From positions 1 through 64,000 of IMG/VR virus record IMGVR_UViG_3300029787_000005: a stretch of 64,000 bases of DNA. One strand, given 5' to 3'. Every line of letters starts with the position of its first letter. Position 1 is the first letter of the stretch. The stretch is from a virus. A program made the position numbers and the translations under genes. Positions 1-8,760 of the stretch are shown piece after piece. The notes under the pieces are model-generated. The model made no database searches. It saw only the letters and a list, made by a program, of their open reading frames with translations, and had not been told where the DNA came from.

Positions 1-195
1 AGTTCTCATACTGTTCTCTCCAGCGTTCTCAATTTATTCTCTCTAAAAACATGGTTCTGTGAACTAGTTTATTATCTATTATCTCTCAAAAGTTCCCTAT
101 AGTCAACCACATTCTGTTCTACCCCCGGGATGCTCCAGCGTTCCACTTTTGTGGCTCGTCAGTTAATCTAGCATCCACTCTCTCTATTGTTTGAT

Positions 196-228
196 GTGGG
201 GGTCAGGAGAGAGAATACTGACCCCCAC
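196..228. terminator. GC-rich hairpin, probable terminator for leftward early transcript
   Basis: Perfect 11-bp inverted repeat GTGGGGGTCAG / CTGACCCCCAC with an 11-nt loop, downstream of the minus-strand ORF 283-645. Confidence 0.5.
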
Positions 229-282
229 TGGCTTATGACTGCTTCAAAGGACCAGGGATCCTGAGCTTGTCATCGCCAATCT

Positions 283-645
283 CTAGGCTGCTGCCATCTC
301 CCTTTCAGTATCAACACCATACTCCATCATCAGTGGGCGGCCCAGGAACTCTGCGATTGCTGTCTCTAGCTCAGCTTGGATCGCATCTTTCTGCGGGCAT
401 GCCTTCATTCTTCTCCAGTGCCAGCCATACCAGCCGTGGTAGGCGATCTCGAACTCGACTGTTAGGTTGTGGTCCATGTCCCGGAAGGTGTGGACCCGGG
501 CTAGCTGGTCCTTCTTAGTCCGGCCATCGAACCTGAAGTGTCCGCCGACCTTGTGTCCGTACTTGGTGGACTCGTCTTCGAAGATGATTTCCGTAATATG
601 GCAGAATCCTGCGGTTTCCATTTTTCTCTCCTCTAAATCTCTCAT
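283..645 (-). CDS. hypothetical early phage protein (ends ...EMAAA)
   Basis: 120-aa ORF with GAGGAGAG RBS and an upstream minus-strand TTGACC promoter near 680. Confidence 0.75.
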   Translation of the reverse strand: MRDLEERKMETAGFCHITEIIFEDESTKYGHKVGGHFRFDGRTKKDQLARVHTFRDMDHNLTVEFEIAYHGWYGWHWRRMKACPQKDAIQAELETAIAEFLGRPLMMEYGVDTEREMAAA

Positions 646-668
646 TCTCTTATCATCCCATATAACAA

Positions 669-710
669 CGATAGGGTCAACATCTAAATCGACCCTATCG
701 CCATTTTTTT
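669..710. terminator. inverted repeat/terminator overlapping -35 box of leftward promoter
   Basis: CGATAGGGTC (669-678) / GACCCTATCG (691-700) followed by a T-run on the + strand. Confidence 0.45.
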
Positions 711-901
711 TAAATTAATTCACTTTTATTTTTACTTACTTCTATTTCTTCAATACTATCATCAATAGTATTATAATACATCATTACAAACCAATCTTTA
801 AACTCACCTTTACTTACTTTAAATAAATCTTCATTTTCAAATGCTTCAATAAGATCCATTTCAATTTCACTATCACTTACCATTTCAATTAATCTATCCA
901 T
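710..901 (-). CDS. hypothetical acidic protein
   Basis: 63-aa ORF with AGGAGAG RBS; very AT-rich. Confidence 0.65.
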   Translation of the reverse strand: MDRLIEMVSDSEIEMDLIEAFENEDLFKVSKGEFKDWFVMMYYNTIDDSIEEIEVSKNKSELI

Positions 902-1020
902 TTTTCTCTCCTTTTTTTTAACTATCTTTATTATGCTATAGTTTTAAGTAATAGTAAAGCATTTTTTTGAACTAAATTTGTAACCCGACAAATAAAAAAC
1001 CGCACTATTCTGCGGGCCGT

Positions 1021-1048
1021 ATATAGGGGGGGCGATATAGGGGGGGCG
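1021..1048. repeat. perfect 14-bp tandem repeat ATATAGGGGGGGCG x2
   Basis: Directly visible, in the intergenic region between divergent early genes. Confidence 0.9.
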
Positions 1049-1108
1049 TATATAAGCTGTTGACCCAAACACGGATATATGGGACTATAGGGTATAAGGA
1101 GAGATAAT

Positions 1109-1399
1109 ATGTTAAAATATGAAAATACCGCAGAAATAGGTGATGTAATCAAAGCTTTCGATTTTCAGCCAATGCCAGGTAGAGGCAACTGCTATATCAC
1201 AGGTAAGGTCCTAGAGAAGGGCAACATCGAGATGGGATATGCAGCATACAAGATCGAAGTGACCGGCCAGATGTGGGATGGCAAGCCTACAGATAGAGCA
1301 GTAGGCGAGATCTTCTATGTACCATTTGAGACATCAATGGAAGATAGATTTGATGACTACAACAACAGAGTAACTAAGGTAATGGGAGCAGCAGCATGA
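1109..1399 (+). CDS. hypothetical early phage protein (ends ...MGAAA)
   Basis: 96-aa ORF, AAGGAGAG RBS, upstream GTTGAC at 1059. Confidence 0.8.
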   Translation: MLKYENTAEIGDVIKAFDFQPMPGRGNCYITGKVLEKGNIEMGYAAYKIEVTGQMWDGKPTDRAVGEIFYVPFETSMEDRFDDYNNRVTKVMGAAA

Positions 1400-1476
1400 G
1401 AGCGGCTATAGAGTTTGTAGGGCTAGTAGGGATGCTAGCAGTGATCCTAGGGTTTGGTGTTGCATTTGGTATGTAG
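1396..1476 (+). CDS. small hydrophobic peptide (26 aa)
   Basis: ATGA overlap with the previous gene; MRAAIEFVGLVGMLAVILGFGVAFGM is a single TM-like segment. Confidence 0.5.
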   Translation: MRAAIEFVGLVGMLAVILGFGVAFGM

Positions 1477-1536
1477 CACCACCCATGGGGGGGGTAGTTG
1501 AATCTTTTTTTTTAGTTAAATATAATACACTTTAGA

Positions 1537-1887
1537 TTGGATCTAGATAAACCGATGTCAAAAAATTTTCCTGACGAAAAAATGACCAAATATGGGTTCC
1601 ACAAAGTTCTTGTATCCGTTGGTGGGTATCCTGCCAAGTTGGTATACAAGTATGAATCTCCCCACTACATTATCTCCCCTCTCTCTGATGGCTCATGGAA
1701 TGTAATCTCAAAGAAGCTGATGAAGATAGTTAAAAAGAAGCAGCAGCATGAGGCAATAGTCGGAAGAGTAAACGATGAAAAAGAATTGGATGATTTATTA
1801 AAGTATCTGTTGACCCATTATGGATATGGTGCTATAATAGAAGAACGTAACGACTTAAGCCTGCTAAAGCATGGGTCGTGTTATTAA
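1537..1887 (+). CDS. hypothetical protein
   Basis: 116-aa ORF; start uncertain. Confidence 0.55.
   Translation: MDLDKPMSKNFPDEKMTKYGFHKVLVSVGGYPAKLVYKYESPHYIISPLSDGSWNVISKKLMKIVKKKQQHEAIVGRVNDEKELDDLLKYLLTHYGYGAIIEERNDLSLLKHGSCY
1810..1838 (+). promoter_or_regulatory. sigma70-like early promoter
   Basis: TTGACC-N17-TATAAT. Confidence 0.75.
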
Positions 1888-1912
1888 TTGTTTTAACGAA
1901 TAAGGATTAATA

Positions 1913-2095
1913 ATGGAATATGCAATACCTGAAGGATTTGAGATTACATATTGTAAGCCTGGTAAGGCTCGAGGTCTCATTAACTTGACAGCGCGAAATA
2001 GAAAGAGTGTTAGTAATGGCACTAGGCGTTGTCCTAACCTTTATAGTAAATCAACTAGAACTCATAAGGAGATGAATAATGAAGTATGTATATAA
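1913..2095 (+). CDS. hypothetical protein
   Basis: 60-aa ORF with TAAGGA RBS. Confidence 0.6.
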   Translation: MEYAIPEGFEITYCKPGKARGLINLTARNRKSVSNGTRRCPNLYSKSTRTHKEMNNEVCI

Positions 2096-2456
2096 ATCAA
2101 TAAAAACTGTTGCCTGGGACTTCAGTGAGCCTACAAAGGATGTTACTCGCGATCGTGGCTTTGATGTGTATGAGCTGTTAGGCGATAGCGACACTCCTAT
2201 CCGTGTAGGATGTAGCATTAATCTTAGCAGCAGGTTATATGATTACAAGAAACAAGTTCGGACTTACTATCCGGAGATTATCTCTGAGACTAAAGCTGTC
2301 AAGGTGTATAGGTTTGCTACACTAGAGATGGCCGAGACTTATGAGAGGTATCTGATAGCTAAGTTTAAGCCTAAGTATAACATCGAAGGTGTCACTAAAG
2401 GTCACACTTACGATAACAGGCCTAGAGCTGATGTCTATATGCTGAGAGCTGCATAA
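2079..2456 (+). CDS. GIY-YIG family nuclease-like protein (ends ...MLRAA)
   Basis: VYEL...IRVGCS.NL..RL..Y, conserved E (AETYERYLI) and PKYN, as in the GIY-YIG fold. Confidence 0.65.
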   Translation: MKYVYKSIKTVAWDFSEPTKDVTRDRGFDVYELLGDSDTPIRVGCSINLSSRLYDYKKQVRTYYPEIISETKAVKVYRFATLEMAETYERYLIAKFKPKYNIEGVTKGHTYDNRPRADVYMLRAA

Positions 2457-2468
2457 GGGTTCTTCATC

Positions 2469-2502
2469 AGGGGTGGTCTTAGGATCACCCCTCTCCTTTT
2501 TG
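2469..2502 (+). terminator. rho-independent terminator
   Basis: AGGGGTGGTC-TTAG-GATCACCCCT stem followed by a T-run. Confidence 0.7.
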
Positions 2503-2514
2503 GATAAATATTAT

Positions 2515-2646
2515 ATGAAAAAGGACTGGAAGCAAATCTGGGAAGAGGCTGAGAAGGCGAGTAGGCAATACGGCTCGCTCGAAGCAAAAGACTACATTGC
2601 ATTGGGCTTTGTAGCAATATTCTTAATGGTGTTCGTAATACTATGA
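2515..2646 (+). CDS. small membrane protein (43 aa)
   Basis: MKKDWKQIWEE...IALGFVAIFLMVFVIL, read by hand. Confidence 0.5.
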   Translation: MKKDWKQIWEEAEKASRQYGSLEAKDYIALGFVAIFLMVFVIL

Positions 2647-2701
2647 CATATCTTATCATCTGGTTCTGTATATCTTTAATCCTTATAGACACTATACCAC
2701 T

Positions 2702-2893
2702 ATGAAGATAAAAAGAGGAATGTTAACACCTTGCAGATCTCTGTGCAATATCAAAGATGATGTGTGCCAGGGATGTGGCAGGACGTCTGAGCATATCCGC
2801 AATTGGCGTAGCTATGACGGGAACACTAGAGAGAAGATATGTGCCGAGATTGCTGATTGGGTGACTCCAAGAGAGTTTGGCGCATGGCAGTAG
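2702..2893 (+). CDS. DUF1289-type small Cys-rich (predicted Fe-S) protein
   Basis: PCxxxC...CxGCGRT..EI..W-like motif (PCRSLC...CQGCGRTSEHIRNW). Confidence 0.75.
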   Translation: MKIKRGMLTPCRSLCNIKDDVCQGCGRTSEHIRNWRSYDGNTREKICAEIADWVTPREFGAWQ

Positions 2894-3198
2894 CACAAGT
2901 GCGAGAGCAAATAGTAGACAATCTTAGACAATGCTATGATCCGGAGATCAGCATAAATATATACGATCTCGGATTGATATATGATATAGACACTGACCAT
3001 CTACCTAAAGTAACAATAACCCATACTCTTACGTCAGCATTCTGTCCTGCGGCAGATGACATCATAAGTGATATAGAGGCAGCTGCTGGGATGGTAGATG
3101 GAGTTGATGGTGTTGATGTGGTGACAACATTTGAGCCACCTTTTGGTCCAGAGATGATGAGCGAAGAGGCTAAACTAATGCTGGGGATAGATTGGTGA
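2884..3198 (+). CDS. sufT: Fe-S cluster assembly protein SufT/PaaD (DUF59)
   Basis: YDPEI.INIYDLGLIY, TLTSAFCP and PP...EMMSEEAKL.LG motifs. Confidence 0.9.
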   Translation: MAVAQVREQIVDNLRQCYDPEISINIYDLGLIYDIDTDHLPKVTITHTLTSAFCPAADDIISDIEAAAGMVDGVDGVDVVTTFEPPFGPEMMSEEAKLMLGIDW

Positions 3199-4088
3199 AG
3201 ATAGGATTTTTTGGAGACAGTTTTTGTGAGACATATGAGTACTGGGGGCAAATAGCACTTCCATGGAAAGAGCTTGATGTAACAGGAAAGAAGAAAGACC
3301 GCAAGTTCAAAGGAATGCGTATCAATCAGATGCGGAGTGATGATGGGGATGCTGAGACATGGCTCAAGAAAATATGCGATCACTTTGATGCTGAATGTGT
3401 TCACACAGGGGTTGCTGGTACTTCAATATGGGATACTATCATAAACCAGTTCCAAGAATACATGCTAACAAAAGGACTTCCAGATGTTGCAGTGTTCTGT
3501 TGGACTGATCATACAAGACTGTATCATAAAGAACACAGAGTGATGAATTACAACGCTGTAATGAACCACAAGAATACAACAGTACCAAAGAAGACATGGC
3601 TAGCTGCAAGAATGTACTATGAAGAGCTGTTTGATATGCAGCAATCAAAGCATGCGTTCTTTGGTGCGATGCACTACTTTGATAATCTACTTGAAACGAT
3701 TGAAGGTTCTGGCCATGGTCAGATGAAAGTTATCCATTGCCATAACTATGGACTAGTCAATGACTTTAATCCAGGAGATAGACATGAGTGGCGTAATCTA
3801 TTGTCATATCCTCATGAGTGGAAGAATGGAAAGATGATCAAGCCATCTTTAGCTAATCTTATGGTTGAAGGTCATGTATTTGGAGATCTCTCTAAAGACG
3901 TTATTGAAATTTACAGTGCAAATCATATCCACGGAGATGATAAGAACCAAAGACTTGCAGAAGCTGTTATCAGAGCTATAGAAGATTATGATAGTAAGAA
4001 GAGAAAAAGCTACAAATACAAAGTAAGAAAACTTAGAATGACAAAAGAAATTATAGAAAATGGCAGAATACCGTTGACTTCAATTTAA
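3192..4088 (+). CDS. SGNH/GDSL-like hydrolase or acyltransferase
   Basis: N-terminal FFGDSF, GVAGTS block and C-terminal NH...N..LA. Confidence 0.55.
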   Translation: MVKIGFFGDSFCETYEYWGQIALPWKELDVTGKKKDRKFKGMRINQMRSDDGDAETWLKKICDHFDAECVHTGVAGTSIWDTIINQFQEYMLTKGLPDVAVFCWTDHTRLYHKEHRVMNYNAVMNHKNTTVPKKTWLAARMYYEELFDMQQSKHAFFGAMHYFDNLLETIEGSGHGQMKVIHCHNYGLVNDFNPGDRHEWRNLLSYPHEWKNGKMIKPSLANLMVEGHVFGDLSKDVIEIYSANHIHGDDKNQRLAEAVIRAIEDYDSKKRKSYKYKVRKLRMTKEIIENGRIPLTSI

Positions 4089-4101
4089 AAAGGTATATAA
4101 T
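4074..4101 (+). promoter_or_regulatory. sigma70-like early promoter
   Basis: TTGACT-N16-TATAAT. Confidence 0.6.
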
Positions 4102-4126
4102 AAACTTTGTGTCCCGGGGAAATAGT

Positions 4127-4411
4127 ATGTACACTTTAGATACACAACAACAGCTGTTTGCAATAACCGCAGAGGAGTGTGGTGAACTAACACAGGTTTG
4201 TATGAAGATACTCCGCAAAGCCAACGTTGATGCTACATGGAATAAAAGACTACTAGAAGAAGTAGGAGACGTATACTGTATGTTGGATCTAATAGTTCAA
4301 CATGGTTACCTTAACTGGGATGATATTATTGATAGAAGTAATGTGAAAAAACAAAAACTCAGTAAGTGGAGTAATTTAATTAAGGAGACAAGATGGCAAC
4401 TAAGAGATTGA
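4127..4411 (+). CDS. MazG-like nucleotide pyrophosphohydrolase
   Basis: EECGEL...EEVGDV acidic motifs. Confidence 0.8.
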   Translation: MYTLDTQQQLFAITAEECGELTQVCMKILRKANVDATWNKRLLEEVGDVYCMLDLIVQHGYLNWDDIIDRSNVKKQKLSKWSNLIKETRWQLRD

Positions 4412-4548
4412 ATGAACGTGGTATTGGTATTCCTGGTACTGCACATAAGTTTAAACACAAAACTTCCATAGGGAAGAGTGTGTTCTCAAGACCAAGTAAT
4501 AAGAACCAAAGACGGTCATGGAAAAAGTACAGGGGGCAAGGTGCTTGA
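4393..4548 (+). CDS. small basic protein typical of T4-like phages (51 aa)
   Basis: TAAGGAG RBS; MATKRL...KTSIG...RPSNKNQRRSWKKYRGQG; not in the ORF track. Confidence 0.65.
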   Translation: MATKRLNERGIGIPGTAHKFKHKTSIGKSVFSRPSNKNQRRSWKKYRGQGA

Positions 4549-4777
4549 TAAAGTACTAATGCTAGCATACTTGATCAACCCTATAGACGATAATAATGCC
4601 TTTGTTGTAGTAGAGCCGTGGTTCCATAATAAAATAGAATGTGGATACCATGTCCGTAACAACTATCTTGGATTACGGCATAAAATTTTACAGTTGACTA
4701 AGGCCGAATCTTTGGATAAAATAGTATGTATAAGAGAACGTGATTTACTTAATGGACTAGGGATGGAAAACTCATGA
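4541..4777 (+). CDS. hypothetical protein
   Basis: ORF track 4478-4777; GTG start at 4541 more likely. Confidence 0.5.
   Translation: MLDKVLMLAYLINPIDDNNAFVVVEPWFHNKIECGYHVRNNYLGLRHKILQLTKAESLDKIVCIRERDLLNGLGMENS
4694..4722 (+). promoter_or_regulatory. sigma70-like promoter
   Basis: TTGACT-N17-TAAAAT. Confidence 0.6.
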
Positions 4778-5175
4778 CGATGCATTTACTTCCTGCATAT
4801 GTGACTACTACTAAGTTTAAACACAATAAGAAAAAGAAGTCCGCTTCTGCTATCAAAGCTGATATAGAACATGATAAGTTTCTAAAGAAGATGGGTGTAC
4901 ATCCAGATCAGCTGAAAGCTAAGAAGAGCTCGAATAAGGCTAAGTATAGTAGAAGGCCTAACATGCATGTTGCTGGAAAGCCACAGACTACTGTAAGCCA
5001 GAATTGGAAACGTGACACAGATCAAATCCCTGTTGGTGTTGCTGTAAAAAAAGATGCTAATATATATAGTGGCGAGAGAAAGCTGCTAGGTATATCTGCT
5101 ATGCACAAGTCAAGTCTAGTACCTGTCTTCTCATCCGATCAAGCAAAAGAGATAGCCAATATGAGAAGGGGATAA
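4774..5175 (+). CDS. conserved hypothetical basic phage protein
   Basis: 133 aa; MHL...GISAMHKS..VPVF...A.EIA.MRR resembles a family common in marine T4-like phages. Confidence 0.75.
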   Translation: MTMHLLPAYVTTTKFKHNKKKKSASAIKADIEHDKFLKKMGVHPDQLKAKKSSNKAKYSRRPNMHVAGKPQTTVSQNWKRDTDQIPVGVAVKKDANIYSGERKLLGISAMHKSSLVPVFSSDQAKEIANMRRG

Positions 5176-5177
5176 CT

Positions 5178-5402
5178 ATGGCGGTAATGAGTACGTTCTA
5201 TGGTCAAGATAAATATCAAGACAGAAAAGCAAACGTTGTTTGGGATGGTCGTTGGTATCATGTTGACATGTATGTCAGTGAGAAGTTATGGGAATCAAGA
5301 CTCATAAAAGGCCATACTGAACAGTATTGTGAAGATACCGCAGAGAACTTTGTAATGGGAATATTCGATGCCAACACCAACCATGAGCCGCAGATCTCCT
5401 GA
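5178..5402 (+). CDS. hypothetical protein
   Basis: 74-aa ORF within the operon. Confidence 0.7.
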   Translation: MAVMSTFYGQDKYQDRKANVVWDGRWYHVDMYVSEKLWESRLIKGHTEQYCEDTAENFVMGIFDANTNHEPQIS

Positions 5403-6183
5403 TCAGCAAAGGGCTAAACCAAAAGAGATAAAGAAGAAGGTCATGACTGAGGGCGTGATCTTAGAATTTGTTGTTGATAACAAACAAGGTGTGATGCCTG
5501 ATATCCCTCAGTCGGATTATGGTTCATGTATAATGAACATGCCATTAATCCAACACCAGTTGATGACAACTGATGAAGATCGTGCACAGATACAACAGAT
5601 AAACCAACGTATCAAGAATGACATTGATATGGCCAGACGTACTGATGATGCAAAGAATGTAAGTGCACATCAGACAGACTTCTTATTCTATAAGCAGAGT
5701 CAAGGAGTCAATTGGGTGCGTCAGGTTGCATTCAGTTTCGTAGAGAGGATCATTGATCTTAATAGATGGAAGTTATATCCAGTAGATGGTTGGGGAATTA
5801 GATATCAAAAAGGTGATAGAACTAAGAAACACGCTCATTGGCCACATAGTTGGGCTTTCGTATACTTTGTTGACTGTGGTGATGATTGTAGTCCTCTCGA
5901 AATATATAGTGAACCTGATCCAGCTATACAGCAAACTTTAGACTTAGCTAGAGAGCATGACAAGTCTGGTCAAGCTATTCCAGCATCTATTTCATATCAA
6001 AGACATTCAATTACACCAGAGCCTGGTAAGTTATGCATCTTCCCAGGTTGGGTTCCTCATGAAGTGAAAGAACAACAAAGCGATCGCGCAAGGTATGTTG
6101 TTGCTGGTAATATTGCTCAAATTGCAATTCAGCCTCAAGGTATCGAAGTGAACGTAGACGGTTATATAAGTGGGAAAGCATAA
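5368..6183 (+). CDS. putative Fe(II)/2OG-type oxygenase (TIGR02466-like)
   Basis: HAH...WAFVYFV...PEPGKLCIFPGWVPHEV...R...AGN. Confidence 0.75.
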   Translation: MPTPTMSRRSPDQQRAKPKEIKKKVMTEGVILEFVVDNKQGVMPDIPQSDYGSCIMNMPLIQHQLMTTDEDRAQIQQINQRIKNDIDMARRTDDAKNVSAHQTDFLFYKQSQGVNWVRQVAFSFVERIIDLNRWKLYPVDGWGIRYQKGDRTKKHAHWPHSWAFVYFVDCGDDCSPLEIYSEPDPAIQQTLDLAREHDKSGQAIPASISYQRHSITPEPGKLCIFPGWVPHEVKEQQSDRARYVVAGNIAQIAIQPQGIEVNVDGYISGKA

Positions 6184-6887
6184 TGCAACAGACAGAGGTA
6201 GACGCTACATTTCAGCCATTAGGCGCATTCAATATTCTCCTGGTGAATATGCCAGCAGAATTGGTGAATCTTTTCAACGATTACATAGACGACAACTCAA
6301 AGGAGTTGAATTCCCTGTCAGACAGACTAGTGGGGCAAATACGTCAAAATCCTAAGTCTTCACAGCTAGATATTCCAATTGATGATGAATTTGGTGCTGT
6401 AATGAAGAATTTTCTCAATGGAATGGGTACTTCATACGTAAGACAAGGATATGATGGCGGGGCAACAGCAGAATGTTACGAGTTATGGTCAAATGATTCG
6501 TATGAAGGTGATTATCAACCGCTTCATATGCATGGATCACGCACTCCAGCAGGGCTTTCTGGCTTTGCTTACCTCGAAGTTCCACCTCAAATAGCTGCTG
6601 GACCGCCTGGCCACAGTGTAAATCACAAAAATGCAGCCGGTGAGAGCGATGGTTACACGCAGTTAGTGTGGGGAACCACCAATGCTCAGGACATAATGAT
6701 GATGAAACCGCAAACTTCCACGTTTATCAAGCCTACAAAAGGGCTGTTAGTGATGTTTCCTAACTGGTTATACCACCAAGTCCACCCATTTTTTGGTGAA
6801 GGATGCCGAAGGACGTTTGCATTTAACTGCAAAGTCAATAATTCTCGAGAATTTTTAGAAAAATTTGGTGCTGTAGACGTAATTTAG
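6183..6887 (+). CDS. putative Fe(II)/2OG-type oxygenase (TIGR02466-like)
   Basis: GDYQPLHMH...LSGFAYL.VP...FPNWLYHQVHPF...RRT.AFN. Confidence 0.8.
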   Translation: MQQTEVDATFQPLGAFNILLVNMPAELVNLFNDYIDDNSKELNSLSDRLVGQIRQNPKSSQLDIPIDDEFGAVMKNFLNGMGTSYVRQGYDGGATAECYELWSNDSYEGDYQPLHMHGSRTPAGLSGFAYLEVPPQIAAGPPGHSVNHKNAAGESDGYTQLVWGTTNAQDIMMMKPQTSTFIKPTKGLLVMFPNWLYHQVHPFFGEGCRRTFAFNCKVNNSREFLEKFGAVDVI

Positions 6888-6889
6888 TG

Positions 6890-6918
6890 TTGACCCTTTT
6901 TCGTTTTTGATGTATACT
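6890..6918 (+). promoter_or_regulatory. sigma70-like early promoter
   Basis: TTGACC-N17-TATACT; shares TGATGTATACTAAGGTAT with the promoter at 38644. Confidence 0.8.
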
Positions 6919-6946
6919 AAGGTATAAACATTGAGAGAGGAAATAC

Positions 6947-7183
6947 ATGATGTTAGGTATGCAGTTTGTTGAGGAAAATGGTGATTTCATTTCTACTAAT
7001 GCGTATGAGACTGTCTTTATTGTAAAAGATATGCTTGGTGATTGGTCAGTTCAGTGTCCTACAAAGATGATTGACGAAATTGGTTTTGTTGATTTTGATA
7101 GTGCTAAGCGTTTTGCTGAGCAGCATGTAGTTCATACCTGGTATCCTGGTGAATTCACAAGTAGCAACCGAGAGCTTTCTTAA
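6947..7183 (+). CDS. hypothetical protein
   Basis: 78-aa ORF with GAGAGGA RBS. Confidence 0.75.
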   Translation: MMLGMQFVEENGDFISTNAYETVFIVKDMLGDWSVQCPTKMIDEIGFVDFDSAKRFAEQHVVHTWYPGEFTSSNRELS

Positions 7184-8352
7184 TGAAAGCTCTGGGTACT
7201 TCCATATCTACTTGGAATAGGTGGGATATGGATACTGATGACCAAGGAGCGCAAGCTCCTCATTGGTATGCTGACTGGGATACACAGTTTCCTGAAGTTA
7301 TAGAGCGTATTGCACAGGATGGATCTAACTCTGTATTGATTCATGTTAACTATACGTTGGATAAAAAGGATTCAACGCTCTCTGAAACAGAGATTACACC
7401 AGACCAAGAGAACATTGAAGATGGATTGCAGGCATCCATCGATGCTGGACTGCAACCTATCCTATATCCTACGATCACATTGCCTGATTGGGGTGGATCT
7501 CAGCTGTGGGACAATGCAGCTGGTGGCCGAGTTACCATAAAAGACCCGGATCAGTGGTTCCAAGACTATACAGAGATCATTACAACCCATGCAGAGCTTG
7601 CCAATAAGTATGATTTACCGTATTTAAGCATTGGTTGTGAGCTTGGAACGATCACAGAAAGCCATGCAGCGCAGTGGAATACGCTGATTGATGGAGTCAA
7701 GGCGATATATGATGGCCCTCTGATGTATTCCAGTCACGTAGATCCACGTTGGAACTCATTTGAGCCTAAGGACTTAGTCTTTTATGACAAAATTGACGTG
7801 ATAGGTTTCAATTTATATCTTGAAACTAACTCTGCGGGTAATGATCTTACCCATATTGTCGAGGCAGCAGGTAAACCTGTGATGATTACTGAATATGGGT
7901 TTGCTGGTCCTAACCAAGATGATGCATTCAAGGCTTTCCTTGATCAATGGAAGGATGAGGATCTTGAGGGTATGTTTGCTTGGGATCTGGCTCCAGCCTT
8001 TGATAAGGATGTTGGCAGTCTGCATTACAACATCTGGGAAACTGAATCTATGGATATCGTAGCTGACGCATACCGAGAAATCAACCTCGATGAGGGCATG
8101 GCTCCAGTGTATAAGTTTGAGAATCTTGCTACTGAGACAGATTTCTTCACGATGAGTGAGGTTGAAGCGCAGATTGTTGCGGATATGGCCCAATTTGAGT
8201 CGCAAGGTATTGGATTCTATGCGCATGAAAGCGAAGGAACCGCAGTTTACCGCCATTTTGACACTACCACAGGAATCCACAGCTATGAATCTGAGATAAA
8301 AAACGATTTTTATGAAGGAATTGCGTATTATTCTGTTGACCTGTTTGCATAA
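7183..8352 (+). CDS. glycoside hydrolase family 113-like TIM barrel with C-terminal DUF5648-like repeat
   Basis: WF..Y...I...A.LA, IGCEL acid/base, D.IG.N.Y, PVMITEYG nucleophile; C-terminal VYKF...FFT...E...GIGFYA...VYR. Confidence 0.7.
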   Translation: MKALGTSISTWNRWDMDTDDQGAQAPHWYADWDTQFPEVIERIAQDGSNSVLIHVNYTLDKKDSTLSETEITPDQENIEDGLQASIDAGLQPILYPTITLPDWGGSQLWDNAAGGRVTIKDPDQWFQDYTEIITTHAELANKYDLPYLSIGCELGTITESHAAQWNTLIDGVKAIYDGPLMYSSHVDPRWNSFEPKDLVFYDKIDVIGFNLYLETNSAGNDLTHIVEAAGKPVMITEYGFAGPNQDDAFKAFLDQWKDEDLEGMFAWDLAPAFDKDVGSLHYNIWETESMDIVADAYREINLDEGMAPVYKFENLATETDFFTMSEVEAQIVADMAQFESQGIGFYAHESEGTAVYRHFDTTTGIHSYESEIKNDFYEGIAYYSVDLFA

Positions 8353-8364
8353 TTATCGTATAAT
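8336..8364 (+). promoter_or_regulatory. sigma70-like early promoter
   Basis: TTGACC-N17-TATAAT. Confidence 0.75.
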
Positions 8365-8389
8365 AGGGTTAATGATAGAGGAGATAGTA

Positions 8390-8569
8390 ATGAGCAAGAT
8401 GAAAAGCTGGATGATGGATATGGAAGAAGCTGTTGTAGATTGTATCGAGAATGGCGCGTCTTCAATGAGTGATGTTTTAGCTGGAGTGCGAACTGCTGTA
8501 CCAATCTGTGATGACAAATTTGTAATGGAATATGTCAAGACTATCATGGGCCCCGATGAAGCTGACTAG
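8390..8569 (+). CDS. hypothetical protein
   Basis: GAGGAG RBS; MSKMKSWMMDMEE start typical of phage early genes. Confidence 0.75.
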   Translation: MSKMKSWMMDMEEAVVDCIENGASSMSDVLAGVRTAVPICDDKFVMEYVKTIMGPDEAD

Positions 8570-8585
8570 CTAGATTCGCAGCCCC

Positions 8586-8696
8586 AGTCGAGCGAGCAGC
8601 ATGACGATGCAAAACGCGGTTAAGCCAGTAACGACTATAAACTCAAGTTCTGGTGGGAACGGAGATGCCCTCACAAGAAAGACCTCCACCACTTCA
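8586..8696 (+). ncRNA. candidate structured RNA (unidentified)
   Basis: GC-rich intergenic segment with nested pairings AGTCG/CGACT, GCG/CGC, GCAT-GACG-ATGC and GGT-TAA-GCC, then a TGGTGG/CCACCA stem and T-rich tail. Confidence 0.4.
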
Positions 8697-8725
8697 TTTT
8701 TTTTGTATTTTTTCCGTTTTTGATG

Positions 8726-8754
8726 TTGACCATAACGCAAATATGTAGGATACT
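8726..8754 (+). promoter_or_regulatory. sigma70-like early promoter
   Basis: TTGACC-N17-GATACT. Confidence 0.6.
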
Positions 8755-8760
8755 ATAATA

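Noticed and set aside
2079-2456. GIY-YIG as an intron-encoded homing endonuclease
   Set aside because: Free-standing, short, with no DNA-binding tail and no interrupted host gene or group I intron core seen
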